Positions 1 to 9,750 of a stretch of 64,000 nt of DNA are shown here, piece after piece. The stretch is taken from NCBI GenBank assembly GCA_944350315.1, contig CALVON010000019.1, positions 6,164-70,163 of the forward strand, written 5' to 3'. Both the position numbers and the translations under genes were made by a program. Numbering within the stretch: the stretch's first letter is position 1; every line of letters starts with the position of its first letter. This DNA is from an uncultured Bacilli bacterium. Lineage in GTDB: Bacteria > Bacillota_I > Bacilli_A > RF39 > UBA660. The notes beneath the pieces were generated by a model. That model saw nothing but the letters and a program-made list of their open reading frames with translations, made no database searches and was not told where the DNA came from.

Positions 1-1
1 T

Positions 2-751
2 GAAACCTACGGAGGTATATCATTTCATAACGATACCATCGGTAAAATAGAGCTATATAATATTGAAACATCTGATATTATTATCTTTGATAATGTAAAA
101 AATGCTACAAGTGCTGTAGACTTGGAGCTTATAACCAAAGATGATAATTCAAAATATCTTTTAAGTTTCGATGGTAAAATTAACCGTGAAGTAAAGTATG
201 AATTAGAAATGGACTGTTATGAAGGTTGTAAAATAGATGATGAAACTATTAATTATGAAAACAATCTTCTAATAACTAAAGAGAATGACAAATATGGAAT
301 CGAAAAACTTGATAATGGTGAAACTATTATACCTAGAGAATATGATAATATAAAATTAACAAGTAATAATATAGATAATTTATACTATAGTAATGAATAC
401 TTTATTGGTACAATAGATGGAAAAAAGAATCTATACAGCATTAAAGATAACAAACAAATAACAAAAAATGGTTATGACGAAATATTTATGTTAAATGAAA
501 ACACTCTTTTTGTTTATCAAGAGAAGTATTTTAGTTTTATCGACTTAGACGAAAAACAACTAAATAACGATAAAATAAAAGTAGATAATTTATACGGGAT
601 TTTACCAAAGTCACCAAATGGGGTTAATTTTTCAAAAAATGGTGAAAATGAATTAACTATAATATTATATGATGGAACTAGTTCCCAAGACATAATTACC
701 AGCGAATATATCTATAATTTAGAAAGTCATGAATTAAAAAAAGAAACTTAA
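2..751 (+). CDS. Hypothetical protein, 5'-partial (frame open to the left window edge); WG-repeat-like segments
   Basis: The frame of ORF 122..751 has no stop back to nt 2, so the listed TTG start is probably internal. Segments such as KYGIEKLDNGETIIPREYDNI resemble WG-containing beta-repeat proteins. No catalytic motif recognised. Confidence 0.45.
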   Translation, partial: ETYGGISFHNDTIGKIELYNIETSDIIIFDNVKNATSAVDLELITKDDNSKYLLSFDGKINREVKYELEMDCYEGCKIDDETINYENNLLITKENDKYGIEKLDNGETIIPREYDNIKLTSNNIDNLYYSNEYFIGTIDGKKNLYSIKDNKQITKNGYDEIFMLNENTLFVYQEKYFSFIDLDEKQLNNDKIKVDNLYGILPKSPNGVNFSKNGENELTIILYDGTSSQDIITSEYIYNLESHELKKET

Positions 752-769
752 CACTTTAAAAATTCAAAT

Positions 770-798
770 AAAAAAAACGGGATTAATTCCGTTTTTTA
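770..798. terminator. Bidirectional rho-independent terminator between the convergent ORF 2..751 and rpsD
   Basis: AACGG (776-780) / CCGTT (789-793) stem with an 8-nt loop, flanked by an A-run upstream and a T-run downstream. Confidence 0.55.
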
Positions 799-803
799 TT
801 TGA

Positions 804-1406
804 CTAAACTCTACTATAAAATTCAACAATTAATGACTCATTTATTTCAGCATTTAGTTCACTTCTTTGTGGATATCTTACATAAGTAGCTTGCTTTTTC
901 TTCTCATCATAATTAATATAATCAACTCTAGATTTTACATTTGCTAAAGCAATTTCAATACCTTTATGATCTTTAGAATTTTCATTAATTGCAACCACAT
1001 CACCTGGTTTAACCCTATATGATGGAATATCAACTTTTTTGTTGTTTACAGTAATATGTCCATGGTTAACAAGTTGTCTTGCACCTCTTCTAGTAGAAGC
1101 AAAACCAATTCTATAAACAATATTATCTAATCTACTTTCAAGTAAAATTAATAAATTTTCACCATGAACACCTTTCATCTTTGCAGATTCATTAACTAAT
1201 CTTTCGAATTGCTTTTCAGAAATTCCATACATAAATCTAACTTTTTGCTTTTCATTTAATTGAACCGCATAGTTAGAAGGTTTTCTTTTTCTATCGCTTC
1301 CATGTTGTCCTGGACCATAAGGTCTTTTTAAGTCTTTACCATTTTCTAGTATTGAAAATCCAACTCTTCTTGCTTGCTTATTATTTGGGCCTGTATATCT
1401 TGCCAT
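804..1406 (-). CDS. rpsD: 30S ribosomal protein S4
   Basis: MARYTGPNNKQARRVG... N-terminus, 200 aa, C-terminal S4 RNA-binding domain pattern. Confidence 0.97.
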   Translation of the reverse strand: MARYTGPNNKQARRVGFSILENGKDLKRPYGPGQHGSDRKRKPSNYAVQLNEKQKVRFMYGISEKQFERLVNESAKMKGVHGENLLILLESRLDNIVYRIGFASTRRGARQLVNHGHITVNNKKVDIPSYRVKPGDVVAINENSKDHKGIEIALANVKSRVDYINYDEKKKQATYVRYPQRSELNAEINESLIVEFYSRV

Positions 1407-1570
1407 TTTTCATTTCCTCCTTTTTTTGGAGATATTTATCTATTTATAGGGTGTTTGTTTTGCTTTTCACTTATGCAGCCAATAAGCTACTAGTACATAA
1501 CACATTAAAAATAAATAAATATTGCTGCCAAATTCATTAATATTATATATTTAATAATATTACCTGTCAA
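1407..1570 (-). promoter_or_regulatory. rpsD promoter plus ~130-nt 5' leader (candidate S4 autoregulatory leader)
   Basis: Minus strand reads TTGACA (1570-1565), a 17-nt spacer, then TATAAT (1547-1542). This leaves a long untranslated leader before the AGGAGG RBS. S4 autoregulation through the rpsD leader is known in Bacillus. The fold was not verified here. Confidence 0.4.
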
Positions 1571-1712
1571 GAAAAATAATATATATTTTTAAAAATATAC
1601 ATTAAGAATTATGTATAATTTAGCAAATTATGGAAAAAAATGTAATTTAACAACAAATGCTTAAATTTTTATAAAACATATGATATAATCAAATTAGAAA
1701 GGATTTGATGTT

Positions 1713-2249
1713 ATGAAATACAATATACGTGGTGATAAGCTTGTAGTAACTGACGCAATAAACAACTATGTTGAATCTAAACTTGATAAACTAAACAAAT
1801 ATTTTAAAGAAGACGATATTTTAGCAAATGTTTTACTAAGAGTAAGAGGAACTAGTCAAATAATTGAAGTAACTATTCCTACCGACAAATTTATTTTAAG
1901 AAGCGAAGAAGAAGACAAGGACTTATATGCAGCAATTGATTTAGTAGCAGATAAGCTAGAAAGACAAATAAGAAAAAATAAAACTAGATTAAATAGACAA
2001 AATATAGACAATAAATACAAAGATTTTAATTTTGATTATGAACTAACAGAAGATGAAGAAAGCAACGATAACGAAAAAATAGTAAAAAGAAAAAATATTG
2101 AAATGAAGCCTATGGATGAAGAAGAAGCAATATTAGAAATGAATTTATTAGGTCATTCATTCTTTGTATATAAGGATATGCACACCAATAATATATGTAT
2201 TGTGTATAAGCGAAAAGATGGCAACTATGGACTAATTGAAACACAGTAA
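1713..2249 (+). CDS. hpf: Ribosome hibernation promoting factor, long form
   Basis: MKYNIRGDKLVVTDAINNYVESKLDKLNKYF N-terminal sigma54-modulation/S30EA domain plus a C-terminal dimerisation domain (FFVYKD...IVYKRKDGNYGLIE). Confidence 0.9.
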   Translation: MKYNIRGDKLVVTDAINNYVESKLDKLNKYFKEDDILANVLLRVRGTSQIIEVTIPTDKFILRSEEEDKDLYAAIDLVADKLERQIRKNKTRLNRQNIDNKYKDFNFDYELTEDEESNDNEKIVKRKNIEMKPMDEEEAILEMNLLGHSFFVYKDMHTNNICIVYKRKDGNYGLIETQ

Positions 2250-2250
2250 T

Positions 2251-2269
2251 AAGCCTATTAAATAGGCTT
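2251..2269. terminator. Hairpin between the convergent hpf and ylbJ-like genes
   Basis: AAGCCTA (2251-2257) / TAGGCTT (2263-2269) inverted repeat followed by TTT. Confidence 0.45.
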
Positions 2270-3208
2270 TTAAATTGGAAACAAAAATAAACATATAAAA
2301 TAAGTAATTAATCCTGAAATAATCATTTGCCAAATTCTTCCTATTAAAAAATAATGATATTTAATATCCGTATCGACAATTTGACTAATTACTTGCATAT
2401 GAACAGATAATCCTCCAAAAGCTAAAAAACAACTCGCAATTACAGCTTTATAAACCATATTAATCGGTAACTTACTCAATTGCTCGATTCCTATTGTAAT
2501 TTCAAAAATACCTTTTACTAACATAGAATTATATATATTAAAATCAAATAAATTAGTAAATATTGATGATAACATTAAAAAAATAGTTATAATACCACAA
2601 ATCAAAAGAATAGTTTCAATACCTTTCTTAATAGCATTTACAAAAATTGATCCAAAATTACCAACAACCAGATAATTTATTTCATTTATGTTACTATGCT
2701 TAAATGTCTTTCTAAAAAAACAACCTAAAATAAAATTGCTTAAGTAATGAGAAATTAAGATAATTATTCCAACTTTTTCATTTCCAAAGAAAAAAAAACC
2801 GACAGTCGTTAAAATAAAAATAGGGTTTGAAAAATGAGAAAAGATAATAATATGATTAGCTTCATCTAAATCAATTACCCCTTTGTCATATAAAATTCTT
2901 GTATTTCTAGCATTAGAAGGAAATCCCGATATTATACTTAAAAAAAAGATAGTAAGCATATTATCAGAGATACCCCACAAACATTTAAAAAAACTTTTAA
3001 TAGATTTTGGTATATACATTGTAATATTATAATTTATTAAAATATCTGATATAACAAAAAAAGGAAATAAAGCAGGAATCAAATTCTTGACCCAAATATT
3101 AAGAGCATATGTTATAGATGAATATATTAAACTTTTTTTAATCAATAATTCAATTAATACGAAACAACATAATACTATAACTAAAATATTAAATAATTTT
3201 TTCTTCAT
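2270..3208 (-). CDS. ylbJ: YlbJ-like sporulation integral membrane protein (nucleoside-recognition/Gate-domain membrane protein)
   Basis: Polytopic membrane protein of 312 aa. Sits next to a ylbL homologue as in Bacillus. The architecture resembles SpmA/SpmB/YlbJ proteins. Confidence 0.5.
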   Translation of the reverse strand: MKKKLFNILVIVLCCFVLIELLIKKSLIYSSITYALNIWVKNLIPALFPFFVISDILINYNITMYIPKSIKSFFKCLWGISDNMLTIFFLSIISGFPSNARNTRILYDKGVIDLDEANHIIIFSHFSNPIFILTTVGFFFFGNEKVGIIILISHYLSNFILGCFFRKTFKHSNINEINYLVVGNFGSIFVNAIKKGIETILLICGIITIFLMLSSIFTNLFDFNIYNSMLVKGIFEITIGIEQLSKLPINMVYKAVIASCFLAFGGLSVHMQVISQIVDTDIKYHYFLIGRIWQMIISGLITYFICLFLFPI

Positions 3209-3263
3209 ATTAAATAATATGAATATATAATAAATTTAATTATATAAAATAATAGGTGATTAC

Positions 3264-4226
3264 ATGAAAAAATTTCTAAAAGAAAATTTAAAATTTATAA
3301 TTTTTATGATTATACTAATAACTGTTGTAAATATAGAATTACCATATTATATTGAAGCTCCTGGAGGAACTATTAACTTAACAAAGAGAATAGATGATAA
3401 TTACGATAAAGAAAATGGTAGCTTAAATATGCTATATGTAACTGAATACAAAGGAAATATTGTAACCGTTTTATTAAGCAAAATAATTAAAAGTTGGGAT
3501 TTGTATGAAATTAGTGAGCAACAAATATCGGATGAAGATGCAAAAGATATATACATAAGAAATAAAGTAATGCTAGAAAATTCCATTCAAAATGCCACTT
3601 TTGTAGCTTACAATTATGCCGATAAAACAATAGAAATTAAAGACACTCAAAATATAGTTATTGCGACAACTAAAGAAAATGGTATAGAAATCGGAGATAT
3701 TATTAACAGCATTGATGAAATTCCTATAGAAAATAGTAGTACAATAAAAAATTATATTGAAAATTTATCAAAAGGTGATACTGTAACTTTAAATATAATT
3801 AGAGACGGAAAAGAAAAACAAGTAAATATAACTTTAGATGAAGATAAAGTAATTGGTGTTATGATTATTACTAATTATGTATATGAAACAGAAGATGAAA
3901 TAGATATTGATTTCAAAAATGGTGAAGGGGGATCATCTGGAGGTTTAATATTGAGTCTAGGTATTTATAGCAAAATAACAGGTATTGATCTGCTAAAAGG
4001 AAGAAATATTGCAGGAACAGGAACCATTGATATTGACGGGAACGTTGGTGAAATAGATGGTATAAAATATAAAATAGCCGGAGCAGTCAAAAATAATATG
4101 GACGTTGTACTAGTATCTCCATACAACTATGAAGAAGCTAAAAAAGTTATTGACGAGAATAATTATAAAATTGAGTTAGTTTGCGTAAAAACATTTGAAG
4201 AAGCTATTGAGTATTTGACTAAATAG
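3264..4226 (+). CDS. ylbL: YlbL/SepM-family PDZ + Lon-like serine protease
   Basis: N-terminal TM, central PDZ-like segment (GDIINSIDEIPIEN...GDTVTLNIIRDGKE), and a Lon C-terminal proteolytic-domain pattern GGSSGGL...IAGTGTIDIDGNVGEIDGIKYKIAGA. Confidence 0.75.
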   Translation: MKKFLKENLKFIIFMIILITVVNIELPYYIEAPGGTINLTKRIDDNYDKENGSLNMLYVTEYKGNIVTVLLSKIIKSWDLYEISEQQISDEDAKDIYIRNKVMLENSIQNATFVAYNYADKTIEIKDTQNIVIATTKENGIEIGDIINSIDEIPIENSSTIKNYIENLSKGDTVTLNIIRDGKEKQVNITLDEDKVIGVMIITNYVYETEDEIDIDFKNGEGGSSGGLILSLGIYSKITGIDLLKGRNIAGTGTIDIDGNVGEIDGIKYKIAGAVKNNMDVVLVSPYNYEEAKKVIDENNYKIELVCVKTFEEAIEYLTK

Positions 4227-4266
4227 CTTTTTTTCATAATTAAGAATAAAGTACATATAATGTAAT

Positions 4267-4833
4267 ATGAAAAAAGAAAAAGAAGAGAAAATAATTAAAT
4301 ATTTAAGAAGTTTAATATTAAGAACATTAGCAGTAATTGTTTTATTTCTGATTTTAGCTATAATTACTAAAAGCAATAAAACATATAAAGATATAATTAT
4401 AAAAAACATATACGAAGAAAATATATCGTTTACTAAAATCAAAAATTTATATACTAAATATTTAGGAGGAATAGAACCACTAGATAAAGTAATTGATAAT
4501 GAAATGCCAGTCTTTAAAGAAGAACTAGAATATAGTAATATATCTATTTATCATGATGGAGCAAAATTGCAAGTTGCTAACAACTACTTAGTACCCATCC
4601 AGCAAGAAGGACTGGTTATATATATTGGTGAAAAAGAAAATTATGGAAATGTCGTTATTATAGAAGGTATTGATGGTATTGATATTTGGTATGGAAATAT
4701 GGAAACTGTTTCTGTAAAACTTTATGATTATGTTGAAAAAAATACTTATTTAGGAACAACCTATGGTAATTATTTATACTTAGCCTACCAAAAAGACGGG
4801 GTATTCCAAAATTATCAAGAGTATCTAGAATGA
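4267..4833 (+). CDS. spoIVFA: SpoIVFA-like membrane protein with a degenerate M23/LytM domain
   Basis: N-terminal TM plus a C-terminal LytM-like block (GLVIYIGEKENYGNVVIIEG..DIWYGNM). Overlaps the downstream M50 protease gene by 4 nt. Position upstream of rplU matches the Bacillus spoIVF operon. Confidence 0.5.
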   Translation: MKKEKEEKIIKYLRSLILRTLAVIVLFLILAIITKSNKTYKDIIIKNIYEENISFTKIKNLYTKYLGGIEPLDKVIDNEMPVFKEELEYSNISIYHDGAKLQVANNYLVPIQQEGLVIYIGEKENYGNVVIIEGIDGIDIWYGNMETVSVKLYDYVEKNTYLGTTYGNYLYLAYQKDGVFQNYQEYLE

Positions 4834-5582
4834 AAATAGAATTTCACTATACATACATAATAATAGCCTTAAGTTTCATTATAACGGGCTATTTTTCAAA
4901 TCTTATAGTATTTACTAGTATAATTATTATTCATGAATTAGGACACTATATAACTGCAAAATTGCATAGCATTGAAGTAAATAAAATAATAATTTATCCA
5001 TATGGAGGACTAACACAAATAAATAGTCCCATAAATACTAAGATAAGTATTGACTTAAAAATAGCTATATCAGGAATTGTTTTTCAATTAATTTATTATT
5101 TCATTATATATATATTATATAAAAATAACATCATAAGAGAATATATATTTGAAGAATTTACAACATACAATTTTAGTATACTTTTCTTTAACATTCTTCC
5201 TATTCACCCATTAGATGGATCAAAAATACTTAACTTGTTCCTATCAAAAATGCTACCATATAAATTGACCCTAAAATTAAATATATTAGTATCATTAATA
5301 ACCCTAATTATTATTTTCTATATAAATTACTACCAATTTAATTATACAACCATACTTATTATAACTATCATACTAGATAACATTGTTAAATATTATAAAG
5401 AAATAAATTATATCTTTAATAAATTTTTATTAGAAAGATATTTAAATAAAAAAATATATAAAAAAAACAAAACAATAAACAAAATAGAAAACATGTACAA
5501 AGAAAAATATCATTTAATTAAAAATAAAAATCATTACATTACAGAAAAACAGGCATTAAAAGATAGATTTTATAGAAAATAG
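4830..5582 (+). CDS. spoIVFB: SpoIVFB-like M50 site-2 metalloprotease
   Basis: HELGH zinc motif inside a TM helix and the NILPIHPLDGSKIL (NxxPxxxLDG) motif. Synteny spoIVFA-spoIVFB-rplU. Confidence 0.75.
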   Translation: MKIEFHYTYIIIALSFIITGYFSNLIVFTSIIIIHELGHYITAKLHSIEVNKIIIYPYGGLTQINSPINTKISIDLKIAISGIVFQLIYYFIIYILYKNNIIREYIFEEFTTYNFSILFFNILPIHPLDGSKILNLFLSKMLPYKLTLKLNILVSLITLIIIFYINYYQFNYTTILIITIILDNIVKYYKEINYIFNKFLLERYLNKKIYKKNKTINKIENMYKEKYHLIKNKNHYITEKQALKDRFYRK

Positions 5583-5592
5583 TCAAAAATAT

Positions 5593-5728
5593 TTGACTTA
5601 AATAACATAATATGCTAAAATTAAAAATGTTTTAAAGACCTCGAGTTGATTATGCTCAACCGCACAGAATTGGTATTAATATTAAGTGATTAGATCCACC
5701 ATAATGGCGAGTCTTAAACAAAAAATAT
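5593..5728 (+). promoter_or_regulatory. rplU operon promoter and candidate ribosomal protein L21 leader
   Basis: TTGACT (5593-5598), a 17-nt spacer, then TGcTAAAAT extended -10 (5613-5621). The ~110-nt leader has a long-range pairing GTTTTAAAGACCTCG...CGAGTCTTAAAC enclosing the small hairpin GTTGA-ttatgc-TCAAC. The location matches the Firmicutes L21 leader. No covariance-model check was possible. Confidence 0.5.
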
Positions 5729-5740
5729 AAGGAGGTAAAT

Positions 5741-6040
5741 ATGAAAGCTATAATTGAAACAGGTGGAAAACAATATTATGTTTCTGAAGGGGATACTATC
5801 TATGTTGAAAAGTTAGATGTTGAAGCAGGAAAAAAAGTTGTTTTTGACAAAGTTTTAATGGCCAACGGTGTTTCTGGTAATCCATATTTAAAAGGAGTAT
5901 CCGTAGAAGGCGAAGTAGTAAAGCAAGGAAAAGGAAAGAAGTTAACAATATTTACTTATGTTCCTAATAAAAAGTCTACTAGAAAGAAACAAGGACATCG
6001 TCAACCATATACAAAAGTTGAAATTAAAAAAATCAAATAA
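5741..6040 (+). CDS. rplU: 50S ribosomal protein L21
   Basis: [25 protein letters not shown]..., 99 aa. Confidence 0.97.
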   Translation: MKAIIETGGKQYYVSEGDTIYVEKLDVEAGKKVVFDKVLMANGVSGNPYLKGVSVEGEVVKQGKGKKLTIFTYVPNKKSTRKKQGHRQPYTKVEIKKIK

Positions 6041-6049
6041 GGTGCTTTT

Positions 6050-6349
6050 ATGATAAAAGTAAAAGTAGGGAAGGATATTATTTCCATTATTGGTCATGCT
6101 AACTATGATGAATATGGCAAAGATATTGTTTGTGCCGCAGTTAGTTCTGTTGTTATAACCTCAATTGAGGGTATCTCAAGTATAGACAATAAGGCAATAG
6201 ACATAAACGAAAAAAATAATGAACTAAATATTATCATTAATAAACATGATGATATTACTAATAAGTTAATTTCTAATATGTTAAAATGCCTTAAAGAAAT
6301 ATCTAGTAAATATCCGAAAAATATTAAAATAATTAATAAGGAGGAATAA
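6050..6349 (+). CDS. prp: Ribosomal-processing cysteine protease Prp
   Basis: [18 protein letters not shown] (His/Cys dyad region). Sits between rplU and rpmA. Confidence 0.9.
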   Translation: MIKVKVGKDIISIIGHANYDEYGKDIVCAAVSSVVITSIEGISSIDNKAIDINEKNNELNIIINKHDDITNKLISNMLKCLKEISSKYPKNIKIINKEE

Positions 6350-6351
6350 AT

Positions 6352-6642
6352 ATGTTAAAGTTCTTAGAATTTAATATACAATTATTTGCTCATAAAAAAG
6401 GACAATCTTCAACAAGTAATGGTAGAGATTCTGCTGGTAGAAGATTAGGAGCAAAGGCTGCTGATGGTGAATATATTACTGCTGGTTCTATAATTTATCG
6501 TCAAAGAGGAACAAAAATTCATCCTGGAACAAATGTAAGAATTGGAACTGATGATACTCTATATTCAACAATTTCAGGATATGTAAAATATGAACACAAA
6601 GGAAAAGATAAGAAAAAAGTAAGTGTTTATACTACAAAATAA
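6352..6642 (+). CDS. rpmA: 50S ribosomal protein L27 with a cleavable N-terminal extension
   Basis: [12 protein letters not shown]|AHKKG...: a Prp cleavage-type propeptide followed by the conserved AHKK start of mature L27. Confidence 0.97.
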   Translation: MLKFLEFNIQLFAHKKGQSSTSNGRDSAGRRLGAKAADGEYITAGSIIYRQRGTKIHPGTNVRIGTDDTLYSTISGYVKYEHKGKDKKKVSVYTTK

Positions 6643-6714
6643 ATATAAAAAATCAAAAATATCATAATATATCTTGAAAAAAAATAATATTTATGATATT
6701 ATTGATTTCGTAAT

Positions 6715-6791
6715 GGACCCTTAGCTCAGTTGGTTAGAGCATCCGGCTCATAACCGGGCGGTCGTAGGTTCGAGTCCTACAGGGTCCACCA
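6715..6791 (+). tRNA. tRNA with CAT anticodon (elongator Met or lysidine-modified Ile2), encoded CCA
   Basis: Cloverleaf drawn by hand: acceptor GGACCCT/AGGGTCC, anticodon stem TCCGG/CCGGG, loop CTCATAA, T-arm GTAGG-TTCGAGT-CCTAC, ACCA end. The G1:C72 pair argues against an initiator. The GGACC start resembles Bacillus tRNA-Ile2 as I recall it. Confidence 0.9.
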
Positions 6792-6798
6792 TTAATTT

Positions 6799-6882
6799 GC
6801 GGGTGTGGCGGAATTGGCAGACGCACTAGACTTAGGATCTAGCGGTTTATCCATGGGGGTTCAAGTCCCTTCACCCGCACCA
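6799..6882 (+). tRNA. tRNA-Leu (TAG anticodon), type II long variable arm, encoded CCA
   Basis: Acceptor GCGGGTG/CACCCGC, anticodon stem CTAGA/TCTAG with loop CTTAGGA, T-loop GGTTCAAGTCC. Confidence 0.92.
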
Positions 6883-6892
6883 TAGGAAAATT

Positions 6893-6947
6893 AGTCGAAC
6901 TAATCGACTTTAAATATATGAGAGGTTAATTTCGGTTAACCTTTTTT
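6893..6947 (+). terminator. Two hairpins after the tRNAs, the second a rho-independent terminator
   Basis: AGTCGA (6893-6898) / TCGACT (6904-6909). Then AGGTTAA (6923-6929) / TTAACCT (6936-6942) followed by TTTTTT. Confidence 0.65.
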
Positions 6948-7226
6948 ATATGCTTGAAAGGAGTTGATTAGTTATGCAGATAATAAAGGAAAAATTAGAT
7001 ATCGATGATGAGTTAGAAAAATGAATCAAAAACATACTTAAATTTCTCAATATTAAATCTAAAATTATTAAAGGCAATATTATTCACATTCCCAAAACTA
7101 ATATTGCTTATATAGAGCCATATAATTTAGAAATAAACAAGATAACATATCTTTTATTTAATGAATGTGAAAAGTTTATATTAATAAATTAGAAACTTAT
7201 ATTAAAAAGCATAAAAACTAGCCCTA

Positions 7227-7294
7227 TTGACAAAGAAAAAATAAATGATAGAATATAAAATCAATAAATGAAATGCAGTATTTCTCATTTATTG
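7227..7294 (+). promoter_or_regulatory. Near-consensus sigmaA-type promoter followed by a 10-bp perfect 5' stem-loop
   Basis: TTGACA (7227-7232), a 16-nt spacer, then TGaTAGAAT extended -10 (7246-7254). CAATAAATGA (7262-7271) pairs with TCATTTATTG (7285-7294). No T-run follows. Confidence 0.45.
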
Positions 7295-7407
7295 GATTGG
7301 TGGGATTCTATGCATTGGAATAAACGATATATTAATGGAATTAATAACGATTGTTTAAGGATTCAAAGGTATTAGTTTAATGTTAGTACTTTTGACTCCT
7401 CTTTTTT

Positions 7408-7698
7408 ATGGAAAAAGAATTTTATAATAAATATATGAAACATGAATTTCCTGGAATCTTAGGTCCTTTAAAAAAAGTAATAAAATACTATTCTTTAAAT
7501 TATACCGATGCTTATAAATTAATAGAGCAATATAAAAAAGATAATAACCGCAAAAAAATGATACATTTACAAGAAAAAGAAGATTCATCAACAAAACTAG
7601 AAGAAAGAAAATATTATTATAAAGGTCCATCTAATGAAATTTATAAATATTCTACTGAACAAGAAGAACTAACAAGTAAAAAAAATAGATCTAAATAA
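7408..7698 (+). CDS. Hypothetical small basic protein (96 aa)
   Basis: ORF only. No convincing RBS (the upstream sequence is CTCCTCTTTTTT). No recognised motif. Confidence 0.3.
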   Translation: MEKEFYNKYMKHEFPGILGPLKKVIKYYSLNYTDAYKLIEQYKKDNNRKKMIHLQEKEDSSTKLEERKYYYKGPSNEIYKYSTEQEELTSKKNRSK

Positions 7699-7731
7699 GT
7701 AAAATTGTGAATTATAAACAAAAATAAATTT

Positions 7732-7760
7732 TTGACAAAATTATTTATTAAAAATATAAT
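7732..7760 (+). promoter_or_regulatory. Consensus sigmaA-type promoter of the two-component operon
   Basis: TTGACA (7732-7737), a 17-nt spacer, then TATAAT (7755-7760), 16 nt before the ATG at 7776. Confidence 0.55.
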
Positions 7761-7775
7761 GTAAGTGGTGATCAC

Positions 7776-8453
7776 ATGAGAATATTGATTGTAGAAGATG
7801 AATTTAATTTAGCAGATGCTATTTCTTCAAGATTAAAAAAAGAAAATTATAGTGTAGATATTTCAACAGATGGAATAGAAGGATTGGATAATGCCTTAAC
7901 AAACATATATGATCTAATTCTTTTAGATGTTATGTTACCTAGAAAAAATGGGTTTGATATTTTAAAGGAAATTAGAGATAATCATATTAATTCTAAAGTT
8001 ATTATGATAACTGCAAAAAATCAAATTGATGACATTCTAAATGGGTTTGATTATGGTGCAGATGACTATTTAACTAAACCATTTCATTTGGAAGAATTAG
8101 TAGCTAGAATTAATGTTCAATTACGGAAAAACACAATTAATCAAAAAAATAATTACTTAGAGTTTGGAGATTTACAACTAGACACAAAAAATAATCAATT
8201 AATATGCCTTAAAACAAAAGAAAAAATAGAAATTTCTTATAAAGAATATCTTTTAATTGAATATTTTATTATTAATCAAAATCAAATTATTTCTAGAGAA
8301 AATTTGTATGATAAAATTTGGGGTTATGATAATAATATTGAATCTAATAATTTAGAAGCTTATCTTTCTTTCATTAGAAAGAAAATAAAAATAATTGGTT
8401 CTAATGTTAAAATTAAAGCTATTCGTGGATTAGGATATAAAATGGAAAAATAG
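7776..8453 (+). CDS. OmpR-family response regulator (CssR-like)
   Basis: Receiver domain (ILIVEDE...LILLDVMLP...KP) plus a winged-helix output domain (...IKAIRGLGYKM). Confidence 0.9.
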   Translation: MRILIVEDEFNLADAISSRLKKENYSVDISTDGIEGLDNALTNIYDLILLDVMLPRKNGFDILKEIRDNHINSKVIMITAKNQIDDILNGFDYGADDYLTKPFHLEELVARINVQLRKNTINQKNNYLEFGDLQLDTKNNQLICLKTKEKIEISYKEYLLIEYFIINQNQIISRENLYDKIWGYDNNIESNNLEAYLSFIRKKIKIIGSNVKIKAIRGLGYKMEK

Positions 8454-8465
8454 TGAGGTGCATTA

Positions 8466-9677
8466 ATGACAAAGTTAAAAAATAAAATATTTTTAATTTT
8501 AATAACAATGTTTACCATTTTTCTCTTAAGCATGATTATTATTTTTAATTACCAATCATATCAAAAAGAGTATGATACTGTAAAAAATAATATTATTAGA
8601 ATTGAAAACATAACTGATGAATTAATATCATTTAATAATTCTAGTTTTGAAAAGCCATTGTTTATTAATCAAACAGTGTATGTAATTCTTTTTGATAATA
8701 AATATAATATAAAAGAAATTATCAGTTATAGTACAGAAACAATTGATGAACAAAAAATTATTTTATTAATTAATAATTATTTAAATAAAAATAATATGAA
8801 TAATAAAATAGGCAATTTATATTTTAATAAATATATTTATTATTTAACTCAAAACAATAGTCTAATCATTGTTGATAATACTACGGTAAATCAAAAATTA
8901 ATTTCATTGTTAGACACATCCTTTATAATATTTATATTGTTAGAATTTATTGCTATATATACCTCATTAAAATTAACTTCCTGGATAATTAAGCCAGTTA
9001 GAGAAAGCTTTGAAAAACAGAAACAATTTATATATGATGCTTCACATGAACTAAAAACGCCATTATCAGTTATTACGGCGAGCGCCGAAATGTTAGAAAA
9101 TAATCCCCAAGAAATTAAATGGATAAATAACATAAAAAATGAGTCGGAAAGAATGAATAATTTAATTGTTCAAATGTTAGATTTAGCTAAAAGCGAAAAT
9201 ATAAATAAGCAACAAGAATATTCCATTAATAATTTATCGAAAATAACTGAAAAAGTCGTTTTAACATTTGAAAGTATTATTTATGAAAAAGGATTAAAAA
9301 TAAAATATGAGATTGAAAAAGATATTAACTTTAAATGTGAATCTGAAGACATTAAAGAATTAATAAGTATTTTAATTGACAATGCTATTAAACACAGTTA
9401 TAATTCTTCCAAGATAACTGTAAAACTATATAGAGAAAAAGATAATATTATTTTAGAAGTAAAAAATAGAGGAGATAGCATACCAAAAGAAGAACAAGAA
9501 AAAATATTTGAAAGATTTTATAGAATTGACAAATCCAGAAATAGAGATGAAAATCGTTATGGCTTGGGACTATCGATTGCAAAAAATATTGTCACTAATC
9601 ATAACGGAAAAATTTTAGTAGACTCATTACATGGGTATACAACATTTAAAGTAATTTTTAAACAAAATTTAAAATAA
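8466..9677 (+). CDS. Sensor histidine kinase (CssS-like)
   Basis: Two TM segments, H-box SHELKTPL, N-box DNAIKH, G-box GLGLSIAKNIV. Confidence 0.9.
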   Translation: MTKLKNKIFLILITMFTIFLLSMIIIFNYQSYQKEYDTVKNNIIRIENITDELISFNNSSFEKPLFINQTVYVILFDNKYNIKEIISYSTETIDEQKIILLINNYLNKNNMNNKIGNLYFNKYIYYLTQNNSLIIVDNTTVNQKLISLLDTSFIIFILLEFIAIYTSLKLTSWIIKPVRESFEKQKQFIYDASHELKTPLSVITASAEMLENNPQEIKWINNIKNESERMNNLIVQMLDLAKSENINKQQEYSINNLSKITEKVVLTFESIIYEKGLKIKYEIEKDINFKCESEDIKELISILIDNAIKHSYNSSKITVKLYREKDNIILEVKNRGDSIPKEEQEKIFERFYRIDKSRNRDENRYGLGLSIAKNIVTNHNGKILVDSLHGYTTFKVIFKQNLK

Positions 9678-9750
9678 GTCTATTTTTTAATCTTTATTTA
9701 ATCTTTCTTAAATATAATTAAAATATAAATTAACAGAAAAAAGAAAAATA

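Noticed and set aside
1352-1540. 62-aa plus-strand ORF overlapping the rpsD start and leader
   Set aside because: It overlaps the rpsD 5' end and leader in antisense. It is hydrophobic and low-complexity, has no RBS, and looks spurious.
6715-6791. The CAT-anticodon tRNA considered as initiator tRNA-fMet
   Set aside because: Positions 1:72 form a normal G:C pair, whereas bacterial initiators have a C1-A72 mismatch. It is therefore an elongator Met or Ile2 tRNA.
7406-7630. 74-aa minus-strand ORF opposite ORF 7408..7698
   Set aside because: It is a hydrophobic mirror frame with no RBS or motif. Neither strand is strongly supported, and only the plus ORF was kept, at low confidence.
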